IMG/VR virus record: IMGVR_UViG_3300032224_001676
Span: 1 to 64,000 of that record
Strand: one strand, 5' to 3'
DNA: 64,000 nt
Source: a virus
Under the pieces are notes generated by a model. The model saw only the letters and a program-made list of their open reading frames with translations, did not search any database and was not told the origin of the DNA. The position numbers and the translations under genes were made by a program. Every line of letters starts with the position of its first letter. The first letter of the stretch is position 1. This document shows positions 16,499 to 26,401 of this stretch, one piece after another.

Positions 16499-16829
16499 TT
16501 TTCTTTGGTGTGGTTTTAGGTGGTGTTGTTGGTGTTTCTTTTAACTTATTAATAGCTTGTACTATTTTAGTACAGTCTTCATATAATTCATGTTCAATGT
16601 AATACTTTAAATTTTCTTCTAATGTGTCAACAAAATGTCTTTTCTCTAAAGTAATATCATATGTAGCGTTTTCTTCTAGACAACTAATTGATAATACATG
16701 AATATATTTCTTTTTAGTAGTTAAGTTATTTAGAATAGTTTCTACAATTGCTTGGGCTATCCTGAAGTCCTTATCATTAATCATCTTCTGGAATTCTTCG
16801 CTGTTATTAAGGGTAAATTCTGTAGCCAT
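16470..16829 (-). CDS. hypothetical protein with UVR-like C-terminal helix pair
   Basis: LKYYIEHELYEDCTKIVQAINKL. Confidence 0.7.
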   Translation of the reverse strand: MATEFTLNNSEEFQKMINDKDFRIAQAIVETILNNLTTKKKYIHVLSISCLEENATYDITLEKRHFVDTLEENLKYYIEHELYEDCTKIVQAINKLKETPTTPPKTTPKKNGKSKTISN

Positions 16830-16831
16830 AA

Positions 16832-16987
16832 TTAAAATAAATTTAGAAAATCAGGATTAATTTCTTTAGATTTCAATTGATTAACTATTTCATCTTGTTT
16901 TAACATTTTAGTAGCTAATTTTTCTAAATGCTGTGATTTAGCTTTATTGTAATCTTCAGTTATTTTATCATGATTTTTATTTTTCAT
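16832..16987 (-). CDS. hypothetical protein (51 aa)
   Basis: Hand-translated MKIKNHDKITEDYNKAKSQHLEKLA...; ATATTTAT motif just upstream. Confidence 0.55.
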   Translation of the reverse strand: MKNKNHDKITEDYNKAKSQHLEKLATKMLKQDEIVNQLKSKEINPDFLNLF

Positions 16988-17001
16988 GTTTATAAATATT
17001 T

Positions 17002-17649
17002 TTAAAGTTTTGAAACCAACGAGTATGGATCATCGTTTTCACTCTCATTAGAATCATGTAACCCTAATTCTTTTAATCTTTGAATTTGGTAATCATCTAA
17101 TTCCATGTTTACTGCTTCGCTTGTTTCATTTAACGGTTTATGATCTTCTAATTGTTGAAGATCCTTATCAGTAAATACATCCCCATAATATAAGAAGAAA
17201 CAATTGTAACATAACATTTCTAAATTATCTAATTTATAATGTTGTTTGTTTCCATCTTTAAAATGAAGTAAAATAGGCATTTTATAATCTATAACCCTAC
17301 GTTCATGGAATCCACATTTAGAGCATTCTTCTTTTATATATCCTTCTTCTAATAAACGATATTTTATTTTTTGTGGATTGAAATGAGACGGATCTATTCG
17401 TCCTTCAATTATATCTAATAAAGCTGGATCTTTTTTACCATTGTTTAAGAATTTAGGGATACCTTTACCTGATTGGTTTTTATGTTTTTCAAATAAAGAT
17501 ATTCCTCCTTCCTCATCTTTATATAATTTTGCCCAACCCTTATAATGTATATAACTTACATTAAGGTATCTAGCAGCAGCTCTATTTGACTTGGTTTTAC
17601 CCATAGCTGCTATTATTTGTTCTTTGCTTAATGGTTTTGGTAAAGGCAT
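17002..17649 (-). CDS. HTH plus HNH-like Zn-binding protein (degenerate HNH)
   Basis: SNRAAARYLNVSY HTH; CSKCG...LHFKDGN..HYKLDNLEMLCYNC. Confidence 0.7.
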   Translation of the reverse strand: MPLPKPLSKEQIIAAMGKTKSNRAAARYLNVSYIHYKGWAKLYKDEEGGISLFEKHKNQSGKGIPKFLNNGKKDPALLDIIEGRIDPSHFNPQKIKYRLLEEGYIKEECSKCGFHERRVIDYKMPILLHFKDGNKQHYKLDNLEMLCYNCFFLYYGDVFTDKDLQQLEDHKPLNETSEAVNMELDDYQIQRLKELGLHDSNESENDDPYSLVSKL

Positions 17650-17990
17650 TACTCTATAATATCAATAAGATCATCTAAATTGAGGTTATGCTTAGCATCT
17701 AATGTTTCTTCTTCCTCTTGATCTTCCTCATCAAAATCAACTATGTCTATTTTAGAAGAAGGATCAGCCGCCTTTCTAAAGTTATTTTCCATTTCCTCTA
17801 ATTTACGATATTCTTCTCTATCGACTGCGAATGTTTCAGTCCATGTATGATCTCCCTCTCCCATCTGTACAGTCACAGCTGCTTTTTTCTCTACTGTAGA
17901 ATGTTGAACGCATGTTTGGGTATTGGGTAAAATCTCTATTCGTTTTGGATTAATTTCTTCCCCACATACTGAGCATTTTCTCATAATCAT
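17649..17990 (-). CDS. DksA/TraR-type zinc-finger protein with acidic tail
   Basis: CSVCGEEINPKRIEILPNTQTCVQH. Confidence 0.7.
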   Translation of the reverse strand: MIMRKCSVCGEEINPKRIEILPNTQTCVQHSTVEKKAAVTVQMGEGDHTWTETFAVDREEYRKLEEMENNFRKAADPSSKIDIVDFDEEDQEEEETLDAKHNLNLDDLIDIIE

Positions 17991-18379
17991 TGTTTGTTTA
18001 ATTGTTTATCTAATTTCATCATAAAATTCCATAGACTGTTAGTTGTAGGGAATTTTACTGTTTGAGTCTCACCCGTTGGCAGTTCAATATCTATACTGTT
18101 AGGTGTACCATTTTCGTCTTTACCTTCATATACATACCAAAGGATTAATTCAGTTTTCCATAATCCAAAATGTAATAAAAGCAAATTCTCAATTATTTTA
18201 TAGTAATCTTCTTCATATCTGAAGATGTCTATATTGAATTCGGTAAATAAAGCTGTTGAGCTATGAAATTTACATTCTAGAGTATCTACAATACTCATGA
18301 ATAATTCTTTTATTTTTTTCTCTTTGCTTTTATTACTTTCCTCAAATTTTAATTTTTGTCCAAAGTTTTTCAAATCCAT
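17987..18379 (-). CDS. hypothetical protein
   Basis: ORF track. Confidence 0.7.
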   Translation of the reverse strand: MDLKNFGQKLKFEESNKSKEKKIKELFMSIVDTLECKFHSSTALFTEFNIDIFRYEEDYYKIIENLLLLHFGLWKTELILWYVYEGKDENGTPNSIDIELPTGETQTVKFPTTNSLWNFMMKLDKQLNKQ

Positions 18380-18547
18380 TTATTTTAGATTTTTAATACC
18401 AACCCCATATATATCAAAAAATTTTTCTTTTGTAAGATTTTTTCTCCCTAAGAAATAATGAACAGCTGTCTCTAAATCTTTAGCTTGAATCTTATCAATA
18501 ATTTCCTTATTGGGATCTTGTTTGCTATAAAAGTAATATGTTAGCAT
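18380..18547 (-). CDS. hypothetical protein (55 aa)
   Basis: Hand-translated MLTYYFYSKQDPNKEII...; promoter at 18557-18587. Confidence 0.6.
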   Translation of the reverse strand: MLTYYFYSKQDPNKEIIDKIQAKDLETAVHYFLGRKNLTKEKFFDIYGVGIKNLK

Positions 18548-18591
18548 TTTTTATTGTAAATATAATAAATATATAATAAAATCCAAGCTTA

Positions 18592-19776
18592 TTAAGATAT
18601 TTTTATAAGTTGATCTTGGTACTCTTGAAGGTTCAAAATATTGATTGTGAATATATCTAATTCAAATAATCCAATTTCACCACTACCTTTAATTATGTCT
18701 GGTATTTGATGTAGGAAATAAAATGACTGTTGAGTAAATTTATTAGCATCAAAATGTATAATAATATCATTTTCACCTTCAGGGTCATTAAGTTGTTTAG
18801 TTAATACTCTTTTTTGTAAATCAAATGATGTAGACTCTTGAAATAGTTCTATATAGTCTTGCATTCGACCAATTTGAAATACTTCATCTACATATATTCT
18901 ATTACACATTGGTTCTAAGACTTCAAGTAATTGTAAATTACAGTTATCAACTACAAACGCTATATTATATTTTGGTGGTACAATAGGCTCCATTAAGTCA
19001 GTATGTCTAACATTTGAACCCCATTTGCGAATAAATTCTTTAGTTGAGTTATTCATTTCTTTTTGCCAAGCTAAATGACGCTCAGTATCACCATCAAAAC
19101 TACCTGCTCCTCTACCTGTTAAATGATATACTAATGAGTTCCAAGGTTGAATAAATTCAAACCCAGCTAATTTCATTCTATTAAATATATCTGAGTCCTC
19201 GCGGCATGATTTTAAAATTGGATCATGACCTCCTATTTCAAGGTATTCTTTTTTATACATCATCCATGGAGCAAAAATACCATTTGTAGTTTTAGCTTCG
19301 TCTAATTGCGACTTAACATATGAGTTAAATTCTTCTTCTTTAAATTCCTCAGGCCACATTCCAAAATCTGATATTATTTTCTCACCATTGTTAGGATGTA
19401 TAGGTGGTTCTACTCTTGTAGAGCATACTACTGTCTTAGACTTTAAGTGGTTATAAGCGTTTATATCGGCGTTTTTACCTAACATCATATCAGCATGGAA
19501 TATTATAAAGATATCCGTTTTAGAGTGCTCTATACAAAAATCATATGCTTTACCTATACCAAATAAACTTTTACCTAAATTAGGATTAACAAAATAACTT
19601 AAATTATATTTGTCTTTAACTTGTTCTAACCATTTAACTGTCCCATCTTCATCAGAGTCAACAAAGATAATTATATCATGGTCATCACGATAAGAATTTT
19701 TTCTAATTGAGGGGATACATGTTTTAAGGTATCTTAGGTTTGATTTGCTAGGAATACAAAATGTTATTTTTTCCAT
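18592..19776 (-). CDS. GT2-family glycosyltransferase
   Basis: TFCIPS..NLRYL, DGT..WL, FHADM, GGHD, REDSD, VYH. Confidence 0.85.
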   Translation of the reverse strand: MEKITFCIPSKSNLRYLKTCIPSIRKNSYRDDHDIIIFVDSDEDGTVKWLEQVKDKYNLSYFVNPNLGKSLFGIGKAYDFCIEHSKTDIFIIFHADMMLGKNADINAYNHLKSKTVVCSTRVEPPIHPNNGEKIISDFGMWPEEFKEEEFNSYVKSQLDEAKTTNGIFAPWMMYKKEYLEIGGHDPILKSCREDSDIFNRMKLAGFEFIQPWNSLVYHLTGRGAGSFDGDTERHLAWQKEMNNSTKEFIRKWGSNVRHTDLMEPIVPPKYNIAFVVDNCNLQLLEVLEPMCNRIYVDEVFQIGRMQDYIELFQESTSFDLQKRVLTKQLNDPEGENDIIIHFDANKFTQQSFYFLHQIPDIIKGSGEIGLFELDIFTINILNLQEYQDQLIKIS

Positions 19777-20624
19777 ATGTTGTTTATTAAATTATAAAAT
19801 GTTTGTAAAGATTGTTCATTTATAGGTTTTAGATAATCTATATTATAATGAACAAATTTATTATACAAAGCATTACTTAAATATTTTCTATTTTCTTGAA
19901 CTATTATTCCTTTCATTATATATTGAGTCACATTAATTTTTTTACCTATTTCTAAAGCTAATGTATCTTCTCTACCATACCCCTTTGCATTATCAGGGAA
20001 TGGAACTTGTTTAATAAATGAGTTACTTAAAATAGTAAACCAACCCCCTGCAAATTTAACGTTTTTATTAGGTATTAATCCTATACTTCTATCATATTGA
20101 AGTGATTTAATATTAAAACTATCAAATGTATCAACATTAATACTATTATTAGGAACAGCCGATATTATGTCCCATGATGTGTCCCAAAATTTATATATTT
20201 GAGGACTTATTATATAATTAGGCTCAGTAATAGTATCTAAAGTAGATTCTAATCCATATAATATAAGGTCATCTAAAATTAAATCTACATCCTGCCACCA
20301 AAAAGCATCATATCCTTCTAGTTTAGTGTTAGCTATTCTTTTTTCTAAATAACCATGATACTCTTGCTTGTATGTTATTTCTTCTTCTAAATTAGTTACC
20401 CAGTCAAGTTTTGTATTTATATGTTTAAATCTTTCTACAAAATACCCTTTAGGTAAAGATGAATTATCCCAATCAATTATTTTATCATTTAAATTTAAAA
20501 TAACATTAGCATCTATTTGTAAGTTAGTTATAAATTTAGAGGCTACTTTTAATTGATTTATAGTGAATTCATAGTCATCTATTTCTTTAGGAAATATATG
20601 AATTGTTAAATGAATTTTTTTCAT
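19764..20624 (-). CDS. putative GT-A fold glycosyltransferase
   Basis: WQDVD (DxD), FAGGWF, GYGREDT; cluster context. Confidence 0.6.
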   Translation of the reverse strand: MKKIHLTIHIFPKEIDDYEFTINQLKVASKFITNLQIDANVILNLNDKIIDWDNSSLPKGYFVERFKHINTKLDWVTNLEEEITYKQEYHGYLEKRIANTKLEGYDAFWWQDVDLILDDLILYGLESTLDTITEPNYIISPQIYKFWDTSWDIISAVPNNSINVDTFDSFNIKSLQYDRSIGLIPNKNVKFAGGWFTILSNSFIKQVPFPDNAKGYGREDTLALEIGKKINVTQYIMKGIIVQENRKYLSNALYNKFVHYNIDYLKPINEQSLQTFYNLINNIWKK

Positions 20625-21484
20625 AATGTGAGTAGTTTTAAGATTAATTCATTTTTCTTATCAGGAGTAGTTTCTAACTCATCATATGATGCTTGTTTAA
20701 AATCACAATACTCTCTACAAATTTCTGAGCCATGGAGTGATTTTAATCTGTCTCCCCATTTTGTATGATGAGTTGTCATAGCATGTATTTCTTCATTACT
20801 CCATTCAAATATTGTATTCATCTTATATCCGTTTGAAGTCCCATTATCACCATACCCTACCACTATCACTTTATCAAATCCCATAAACCATAGCAATTGA
20901 AATAATATTCCTGATATATTTCCTCCTGATATTAACTCAGATGGGTTAGTACCATATTTAGTTAAACTTTCAGGTATTGTTGGGCTTAATATAGGCCAAG
21001 ACTCACCTTGTTCGTTTCTATATTCAATACATAAATGAGTATGAGGGGTAGTTTTACAATACTCTTCTCCATGATGTTTTGATAATTGACCTGTTGTGAA
21101 TGAATAATTGTAAATTGGAAATTCATTACAAGCTATTATCTTAATTAAATTAGGATTTTGTTGTAGTATTTCTTTTTTACCTTGAATCCATATTGGATTT
21201 TTATCATATGTGAATCCTGATTGGTTTTCTAATAATTTACCTCCTGTAAATTTAAATAGACAGAATTCTTTGTCTTCAAAATACTCTCTAGCAATAGAAT
21301 TATCAGCAGTTATATATAAATCACAGTTAGGATAGTCTTTTATATTATGATTAACAGTAATAGTAAAGTTATTATTAATGATAGTTTGAATATCATCAAC
21401 CTGTTTGACAGATGGACCTCCTAAAATACAAAATGCTGTATTGCCTTTAGCTATGTCTTTCCATTTATGATTTATATAACTCAT
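20621..21484 (-). CDS. Maf/DUF115-like nonulosonate transferase candidate
   Basis: AFCILGGPSV, TITVN, DLYITAD, QLLWFMGFDKVIVVGYG match the Maf/GT42-like pattern. Confidence 0.6.
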   Translation of the reverse strand: MSYINHKWKDIAKGNTAFCILGGPSVKQVDDIQTIINNNFTITVNHNIKDYPNCDLYITADNSIAREYFEDKEFCLFKFTGGKLLENQSGFTYDKNPIWIQGKKEILQQNPNLIKIIACNEFPIYNYSFTTGQLSKHHGEEYCKTTPHTHLCIEYRNEQGESWPILSPTIPESLTKYGTNPSELISGGNISGILFQLLWFMGFDKVIVVGYGDNGTSNGYKMNTIFEWSNEEIHAMTTHHTKWGDRLKSLHGSEICREYCDFKQASYDELETTPDKKNELILKLLTL

Positions 21485-21669
21485 TATCCGTTATTAGCTA
21501 ATTTTTTAGATAGTTCATTTATAGTATTATCATCATTTGTAATACGTTTAAATACTTCTCTTGTTTCTTTAGGAGCATGAGTAAAAGCTATACGTAATAT
21601 ATCCATCCAGTTTACATTATTATTTCCTCTTACTTTTTGAATTTCATCAATTATTTCTAAATCAGTCAT
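21484..21669 (-). CDS. small helical protein of the sugar cluster
   Basis: IIDEIQKVRGNNNVNWMDILRIAF. Confidence 0.7.
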   Translation of the reverse strand: MTDLEIIDEIQKVRGNNNVNWMDILRIAFTHAPKETREVFKRITNDDNTINELSKKLANNG

Positions 21670-21670
21670 G

Positions 21671-22090
21671 TTATTGTTTTTTAATATATTTTAATTCATC
21701 AACTTGTTCAAATCCATTATTCATAACCATTTTAATAGAGGCTATATTCTCTGATTTAATCTCAGCTACAAACTCACCTTTTTTACCTTGTAAATAAATT
21801 TCTAATATTTTAGTACCATATCCTTTTCCTCTTTGGTTTGGAGCAATACTCCAAGATAAAATATACTTATCTGTATCTAAAACATCTGATCTAATAGATC
21901 CTACAGGGGTAAGATTAGTTTCTAGAATATAGATTTTTCTTTTTTCATTAGATAAACTATCTGTGAACCATTGTTTATGAGTTGATTCTGATATTTCTCC
22001 TGTGGTAAATGAGTTTTCTCTAGTGGAAGGATCATTTCTCCAGTCAAGGAGAGTTTTCCAATCATTAAATGTTGCCTCTCTTAATATCAT
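21671..22090 (-). CDS. GNAT N-acetyltransferase (PseH-like)
   Basis: LDWRNDPSTR, HKQWF, QRGKGYG, NIASIK. Confidence 0.85.
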   Translation of the reverse strand: MILREATFNDWKTLLDWRNDPSTRENSFTTGEISESTHKQWFTDSLSNEKRKIYILETNLTPVGSIRSDVLDTDKYILSWSIAPNQRGKGYGTKILEIYLQGKKGEFVAEIKSENIASIKMVMNNGFEQVDELKYIKKQ

Positions 22091-23061
22091 ATAAAATCAT
22101 CGTATTTATATTCTTTAGTAGCGGCTATACCTAACAATGATTCAAACTCACTAGCAGGCGTACATCCTTCTAAAAAAGGTCTTTTAGTTGTAATATTATC
22201 TATAGTTAAAATCTCTCCAGGTTTAATATCTGTTTTAGCTACTACTGAACGCATCGCTTGTTTGAATGCTTGTTCTGAGTCTGATATTCCATTTGATGTT
22301 TGTTTCGAAATAGATTTTTCAGCAAATATAATATTTTGAATCATCTCTTTTAATTCGTTTGGTTCTAAAGCAAATGGATGGTCAGGTCCAGGTAAATGTT
22401 TACTTAAAGTAAAATGTTTTTCAATTATTGTTGCTCCGGCGGCTACTGCTAAAGCAGGTGTTAAAGTACTTTCAGTATGATCAGATAAGCCCCAACTGTA
22501 TCTTGTATCTTGAGCTAATTGTCTAACAATTCCTACCCCAGCATCTTCAATTGGAGTTGGGTAAGCATTATTAGCATACATAAAACTTAAATGGTTTCCA
22601 TATTTGTTAGCTATGTCAAATATTTTACCTAAATAATTCATTTCAAATCCAATACCTAAAGATATAACTAAAGGTAATTTAGATGAAGCTACCATGTCAA
22701 CAAATCTAAAATCTGTAGATTCAAACCCAGCTATTTTTAATCGTTTAACTCCTAAGTTAACTAACTCATCAACTGCTTTTTCATCAAATGGAGTGGACAT
22801 AAACTCAATACCTATCTCATCACAGTATTGCTTTAGATCTTTTTGCCACTCACGAGGCAATTCAATATCTTTAATAAGTTGATTTATATTTTTATACCCA
22901 GCAAAATTAGGAGTATTTTTACTATAAAGAGTTTCTGATGAGTATGTTTGAAATTTAACAGCTTGGGCTCCTGATTCTTTGGCTACATCTATCAGTTTTA
23001 GGGCTTGATTAAAATTTTTATTATGGTTGGCTCCTGCTTCTGCTATTACAAATGTATTCAT
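22087..23061 (-). CDS. neuB: nonulosonic acid synthase (NeuB/PseI family) with SAF domain
   Basis: IAEAGANHN, AVKFQT, STPFD, GLSDHT, IEKHFTL, GPDH, RSVVA. Confidence 0.93.
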   Translation of the reverse strand: MNTFVIAEAGANHNKNFNQALKLIDVAKESGAQAVKFQTYSSETLYSKNTPNFAGYKNINQLIKDIELPREWQKDLKQYCDEIGIEFMSTPFDEKAVDELVNLGVKRLKIAGFESTDFRFVDMVASSKLPLVISLGIGFEMNYLGKIFDIANKYGNHLSFMYANNAYPTPIEDAGVGIVRQLAQDTRYSWGLSDHTESTLTPALAVAAGATIIEKHFTLSKHLPGPDHPFALEPNELKEMIQNIIFAEKSISKQTSNGISDSEQAFKQAMRSVVAKTDIKPGEILTIDNITTKRPFLEGCTPASEFESLLGIAATKEYKYDDFI

Positions 23062-23867
23062 ATTAAGTATTTTAATAACTTACTTGCTTCTTCAAAATTA
23101 TTCATACATTGAGTTTTATTTGCAACATTATCTACAAAATAAAACATTTCATCAATGTACATACTATTATCTAAAACAAATTCTACTCTTTTTAATCTAT
23201 TATCTTTTAACACATCATAATACCTTAAATAATCTTCAGACAAATAGTTTAAATGGAAATCAGCTATAGTACCATTTTTAAATTTAATAGTACCTGTAGT
23301 TAAATCTTCTGTATCGTTTGTTATGTTGGTAAGTTTTCTGTGAAGATAAGAAATATCTTCTATTTCTCCAAACTTAAAGTAAAGATAATCTAACTCATGT
23401 ATAGCATCTAGTAATATTCCTCCTCCTAAATGTTTATTAGCACTATATGATTTTAAATGATCAGTCATAGGTCTCCATTTTTTAAGATCATATCCAAAAT
23501 AAACATTAATGTATTTACTTTTAGAATCAATTCGTTGCACCTCAGGAGTAAATCTTAAGTTACAGCCTACCATTGTAATTAGATTTTTTTCTTTTACTAT
23601 TTTTAATAGTTCATCTAATCCCTCATTTGATGTATAAAATGGTTTTTCACAAAATATAGGTATATTATGATTAGCTAATTTTAAGCAATGTTCTATATGA
23701 TTTATGTTTGGAGTGCAAACTAAACCCATATCAAACCCTTCACTTAATATATTATCTATATTGTCTATCTCATCAATATCAACTATACGAGTTTTAACTC
23801 CAAATTTATTTAAGTTTGTTGAGTGTCTTTTACCTATAGAACCACCTCCAATTACAATCGCTTTCAT
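23058..23867 (-). CDS. Gfo/Idh/MocA oxidoreductase
   Basis: IGGGSIGKRH, CEKP, VGCNLRF, GGGILLDAIHELD. Confidence 0.9.
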   Translation of the reverse strand: MKAIVIGGGSIGKRHSTNLNKFGVKTRIVDIDEIDNIDNILSEGFDMGLVCTPNINHIEHCLKLANHNIPIFCEKPFYTSNEGLDELLKIVKEKNLITMVGCNLRFTPEVQRIDSKSKYINVYFGYDLKKWRPMTDHLKSYSANKHLGGGILLDAIHELDYLYFKFGEIEDISYLHRKLTNITNDTEDLTTGTIKFKNGTIADFHLNYLSEDYLRYYDVLKDNRLKRVEFVLDNSMYIDEMFYFVDNVANKTQCMNNFEEASKLLKYLI

Positions 23868-24553
23868 TTATTTAAATATAATTTTTCAGCTACTTCAAAT
23901 TGCCACGGCCAATCAATATCAAAACATTCTATTTCATCCATTACAAAGAAGTTTGGATTACCAGGTGTTTTAAATGTACCCATGTATATTCCATTACTAA
24001 CATCTTCAGTTGAACCAGCATATAATGAATGAGCTGCTTCATAACATGTTTCTACAAATTTAGTTTCTAATGTAGCTAAGTATTTATCTTCTCCAAAGAA
24101 ACGATTTAACATAGCACCTTCCTTATTAAACAAAAATGTTTTCTTCTCAAACACTCCAAATAACCCATTCGAATCTACTTCTAAAAAACGTTTAACAAAA
24201 TTATCTATTGTTTCTATTTTTAATAAAGGATTACAAGCGTTGATAATCACAAAATGTTTAAATGGAAGTTTATCATGCCACTCAAATACTTTTTGTAATG
24301 TAATTGGCTCTTGAGTTGACTCTTCACTTCTAATAAAATAGTTAATATTATGCTTTTCAGCAATATCTATTAATTCTTGATCCATAATAGACAAATAAAA
24401 ATTTTCTTTAGGGATAAGATCTGATTGGATAATTTTATTAACTGCTATCTCAAATAAGCTAGAGTCAGCAAATGGTTTAAGCATTTTATTAGGAACCCTA
24501 GTTGATTGGGTTCGTGCTTGAATAATAAAAACTACATCATTTATGTTTTTCAT
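23864..24553 (-). CDS. neuA: CMP-nonulosonate synthetase (NeuA/PseF-type cytidylyltransferase)
   Basis: IQARTQSTRVPNKML, NPLL, DID..WQFEVAE. Confidence 0.85.
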   Translation of the reverse strand: MKNINDVVFIIQARTQSTRVPNKMLKPFADSSLFEIAVNKIIQSDLIPKENFYLSIMDQELIDIAEKHNINYFIRSEESTQEPITLQKVFEWHDKLPFKHFVIINACNPLLKIETIDNFVKRFLEVDSNGLFGVFEKKTFLFNKEGAMLNRFFGEDKYLATLETKFVETCYEAAHSLYAGSTEDVSNGIYMGTFKTPGNPNFFVMDEIECFDIDWPWQFEVAEKLYLNK

Positions 24554-24554
24554 A

Positions 24555-25121
24555 TTATTTATTTAAATATATAAATCCTGTTGGTTGTCCATTTGTTGAT
24601 GGTCTAAAATGTTTTCTTTCAAACATATCTAGATATTTTTTATCTGGGTTAAATTTAGTGTGTGGGCCTGAGTATTCAGGTGGGTACTCATGGATTAGTA
24701 TGTTTTTACAATTATGGTCTAGAAGGTATTGTATAAATCTATTTTGTATCTCAGTTGTAACATACATTAAAGTTCCTTGAGTATAAACTAAACTAGTTGA
24801 TAAATCGTCATCAAAATTATCTATGTAATCTTCAATACTGCATTGGTAGTAAACCAGATTATTAGTTTTACAAACCCAATCTATATAATTTAAGGGAGCT
24901 AAATCAAATCCAACACAATGATACTCATCTTGAAATGGAATAAAATCTCTTCCATTTGAACATCCAAAATTTATAATAGTGTTAACATAATTTGGCAATT
25001 GAGATTTATACTCAAGAAGAATTGGTTCTGGAGAGTTACCTATCTCATTTAAGCTATCATGTTTAAAATAATGCTCAAAAAAGCTGTCATATTGATAGGG
25101 TTTATGAGAGTGTTCTTTCAT
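24555..25121 (-). CDS. class I SAM-dependent methyltransferase
   Basis: IINFGCSNGRD, VGFDL, LVYTQGTLMYV. Confidence 0.7.
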   Translation of the reverse strand: MKEHSHKPYQYDSFFEHYFKHDSLNEIGNSPEPILLEYKSQLPNYVNTIINFGCSNGRDFIPFQDEYHCVGFDLAPLNYIDWVCKTNNLVYYQCSIEDYIDNFDDDLSTSLVYTQGTLMYVTTEIQNRFIQYLLDHNCKNILIHEYPPEYSGPHTKFNPDKKYLDMFERKHFRPSTNGQPTGFIYLNK

Positions 25122-25126
25122 TAATA

Positions 25127-26401
25127 TTAATTATTTTTTCTAAAGATAGCTACACTTCGTTTCCCTTCCAAAGCATTATCTATATTATTTAAGTTTTCAC
25201 TTACAAATTTAAATGCTTTATCAGCTGCTTTAATTGTTTTCTCAATATCTTTTTTAGTATGAGAGAACTGGATGTAAACTACATTTGGAAACAATATGTT
25301 TTGTTTTACCATTTCTTGATAAAATAGTGCTTTTAACCCATCTGCGTCTTCATAAGTATTTGAATTAAAAGATAAATTATGTCTTAAAGCATCTCCAGCG
25401 AATGTAATATCTAGATTATATTTAGCTGCTGTTTCTTTAATACCTTTATCTAACATATTTCCTAAGTCCCATAAGTAATTATAGTCTTTAGTTTTTAATT
25501 CTTTAATAGTAGCAATAGCAGCTGCTAAAGATAAAGCTTCACCACCAAATGTCATAGAAAAGAAAGCATGATTTAATTCATTCATGTACTCTGCTTTACC
25601 AGCAATGATACCTAAAGGCATTCCATTTGCTACTGCTTTGCCCATACAACACAAATCAGGAGTGACACCAAAATATTCTTGTGCTCCACCTAAACTCCAC
25701 CTAAATCCAGTCACTACTTCATCAAAAATAAGTAATGCTTCATATTTAGTACATAATTTTTTAACTCCAGCTAGATAACCTGGTTTAGGAGTTGTTAATG
25801 CTTGAGGTTCTAAAATTACTCCTGCTACGTCTCCTTTTTTAAGTAAATTTTCTAAACTTTCTAAGTTGTTAAACTCAAACTCATCAATTAAGTCCTTTAA
25901 ACAAGATGGAACACCATATGGTCTCATTGTAATAGCATGCCAATCACCCCATCCATGATAACCACCTGAAGGTTTTAGTATTTTTTCCTTTTTAGTGTAT
26001 GAACGAGCAATTCTCACTGCTGCTAAATCAGCATCTGTACCATTTTTACAAAATCTAACTTGTTCAGCGCAAGGTACAACTTCATTCACTAATTGAGCTA
26101 ATTCTTGTTCTAACAATGTAGGCCAAGAAAATATAATTCCGTTTTTAAGTTGTTTCTTTATTGCTTTATTTGTAGATCTATGATTGTATCCTAAAATAAT
26201 AGGACCTAAAGCACACATGTAATCGAGATATTTTTTCCCATCTAAACCATATAGATAAGCTCCTTTACCTGATTTAACAAATTTAGGATAAATACCATCT
26301 ACAAATTGATCAGGACATTTACTCATTGTTTGGGTACCTCTAGGCATTAACCTAACAGCATTGTCCCATAATTCTTGTTCGTTTATTTTTTTAGTTAGCA
26401 T
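25127..26401 (-). CDS. class III PLP aminotransferase (GSA-aminomutase-like)
   Basis: LGPIILGY, RFCKNGTDA, GYHGW, LIFDEVVTGFR, GKAVANGMP. Confidence 0.9.
   Translation of the reverse strand: MLTKKINEQELWDNAVRLMPRGTQTMSKCPDQFVDGIYPKFVKSGKGAYLYGLDGKKYLDYMCALGPIILGYNHRSTNKAIKKQLKNGIIFSWPTLLEQELAQLVNEVVPCAEQVRFCKNGTDADLAAVRIARSYTKKEKILKPSGGYHGWGDWHAITMRPYGVPSCLKDLIDEFEFNNLESLENLLKKGDVAGVILEPQALTTPKPGYLAGVKKLCTKYEALLIFDEVVTGFRWSLGGAQEYFGVTPDLCCMGKAVANGMPLGIIAGKAEYMNELNHAFFSMTFGGEALSLAAAIATIKELKTKDYNYLWDLGNMLDKGIKETAAKYNLDITFAGDALRHNLSFNSNTYEDADGLKALFYQEMVKQNILFPNVVYIQFSHTKKDIEKTIKAADKAFKFVSENLNNIDNALEGKRSVAIFRKNN

Noticed and set aside
25127-26401. hemL (tetrapyrrole synthesis)
   Set aside because: Its position between pseB-like and neuA-like genes indicates a sugar aminotransferase
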